The notes under the pieces are model-generated. The model saw nothing but the letters and a program-made list of their open reading frames with translations. It made no database searches and had not been told where the DNA came from. Made by a program: the position numbers and the translations under genes. Below are positions 62,801-64,000 of a DNA stretch of 64,000 bases, in pieces. The stretch covers positions 59,956,001 through 60,020,000 of the forward strand of contig NC_086108.1 of assembly GCF_963921235.1 (NCBI RefSeq). The letters are read 5' to 3'. The first letter of the stretch is position 1; every line of letters starts with the position of its first letter. This DNA comes from Mobula hypostoma (lineage: Eukaryota).

Positions 62801-64000
62801 CCCATGCAGGGAAATCACAGGGAATGACCTGCGCAGGGAAATCACAGGGAATGACCCACTCAGGGGAATCACAGGGAGTGACCCACTCAGGGAAATCACA
62901 GGGAGTGACCCACACAGGGAAACAGATGGAATGACCAATGCAGGGAAATCACAGGGAATGACCCACTTAGGGAAATCACAGGGAATTACCCACACAGGAA
63001 TATCACAGGGAATTACCCACCCAGAGAAATCACAAGGAATGACACACACAGGGAAATCACAGGGAGTGACCCACTCAGGGAAATCACAGGGAATGACCCA
63101 CAGAGGGAAATCACACGGAATTACCCACGCAGGGAAATCACAGTGAATGACCCATGCAGGGAAATCACAGGGAATGACCCACGCAGGGAAATCACAAATA
63201 ATGACCCACTCAGGGAAATCACAGGGAGTGACCCACTCAGGGAAATCACAGGGAGTGACCCATGCAGGGAAATCACAGGGAATGACCCACCCAGGGAAAT
63301 CGCAGGGAATGACCCACCCAGGGAAATCACAGGGAATGACCCACAAAGGGACATCACAGGGAATGACCCACTCAGGGAAATCACAGGGAATGACCCACGC
63401 AGGGAAATCACAGGGAGTGACCCACACAGGAAAACAGAGGGAATGACCCAAAGAGGGAAATCACAGGGAATGACCCATGCAGGGAAATCACAGGGAATGA
63501 CCCACCAGGGAAATCACAGGGAATGACACACCAGGGAAATCACAGGGAATGACCCACACAGGGAAATCACAGCGAATGACTCACTCAGGGAAATCACAGG
63601 GAATGACCCATTCAGGGAAATCACAGGCAATACCCAAACAGGGAAATCACAGGGAATGACCCACTCAGGGAAATCATAGAGAGTGACCCACTCAGGGAAA
63701 TCAGAGGGAATGACCCAAGCAGGAAATTACAGGGAATGACCAACACTGGGAAATCACAGGGAATGACCCAGACAGGGAAATCACAGGGACTGACCCACTC
63801 AGGGAAATCACTGGGAATGACACACACAGGGAAATCACAGTGAGTGACCCACTCAAGGAAATAACAGTGAATGACCCACGCAGGGAAATCAAAGGGAATA
63901 ACCCATGCAGGAAAATCACAGGGAATGACCCACGCAGGGAAATCACAGGGAATGACCTACACAGGGAAATCACAGGGAATGACCCACGCAGAGAAATCAC
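47873..64000. repeat. 27-bp satellite/minisatellite array (consensus CAGGGAAATCACAGGGAATGACCCACG), roughly 600 monomers, running off the window end
   Basis: Direct observation. The monomer is an 11-bp and a 16-bp subunit, both starting CAGGGAA; 26- and 22-bp variants occur; higher-order duplications are present. Confidence 0.98.

Noticed and set aside
47707..64000. Long repetitive ORFs (up to 659 aa; MTHAGKSQG, NDPRREITG, WVIPCDFPA, SFPVISLRG)
   Set aside because: A 27-bp unit is 9 codons and is stop-free in two frames per strand. Frequent 26- and 22-bp variants switch frames freely, so there is no sign of coding constraint. The HTGK likeness to zinc-finger linkers lacks the Cys/His spacing.
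47873..64000. CRISPR-like array
   Set aside because: No unique spacers, no cas genes, and a eukaryotic context.

Overview
Eukaryotic, transposon-saturated DNA. The repeat repertoire (CR1, Rex1/Babar, Neptune-type Penelope, Hero, RTE, L1, Tc1, hAT, tRNA-SINEs) suggests a vertebrate, probably a cartilaginous fish such as a ray (inference). Positions 1-47.8 kb are a deeply nested mosaic of decayed elements, and target-site duplications (TSDs) allow several insertion orders to be reconstructed. Positions 47.87-64 kb are a single 27-bp satellite array with higher-order duplications. No intact, recognisable host gene was found, only candidate exons at about 36-44 kb. Most interesting: (1) a complete set of hammerhead-ribozyme core motifs in a non-canonical strand order in the 3' UTR of a Hero retrotransposon; (2) short hairpin-shaped Penelope-derived insertions carrying minimal hammerheads; (3) a class III (ERV-L/S-like) retroviral protease-RT relic inside a solo LTR with a 5-bp TSD that has been inflated to 9.3 kb; (4) an L1 with a twin-priming-type 5' inversion; (5) a satellite monomer whose spacing resembles a 12-bp-spacer RAG recombination signal. 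All coordinates were read by eye, and element ends are approximate unless a TSD is quoted.
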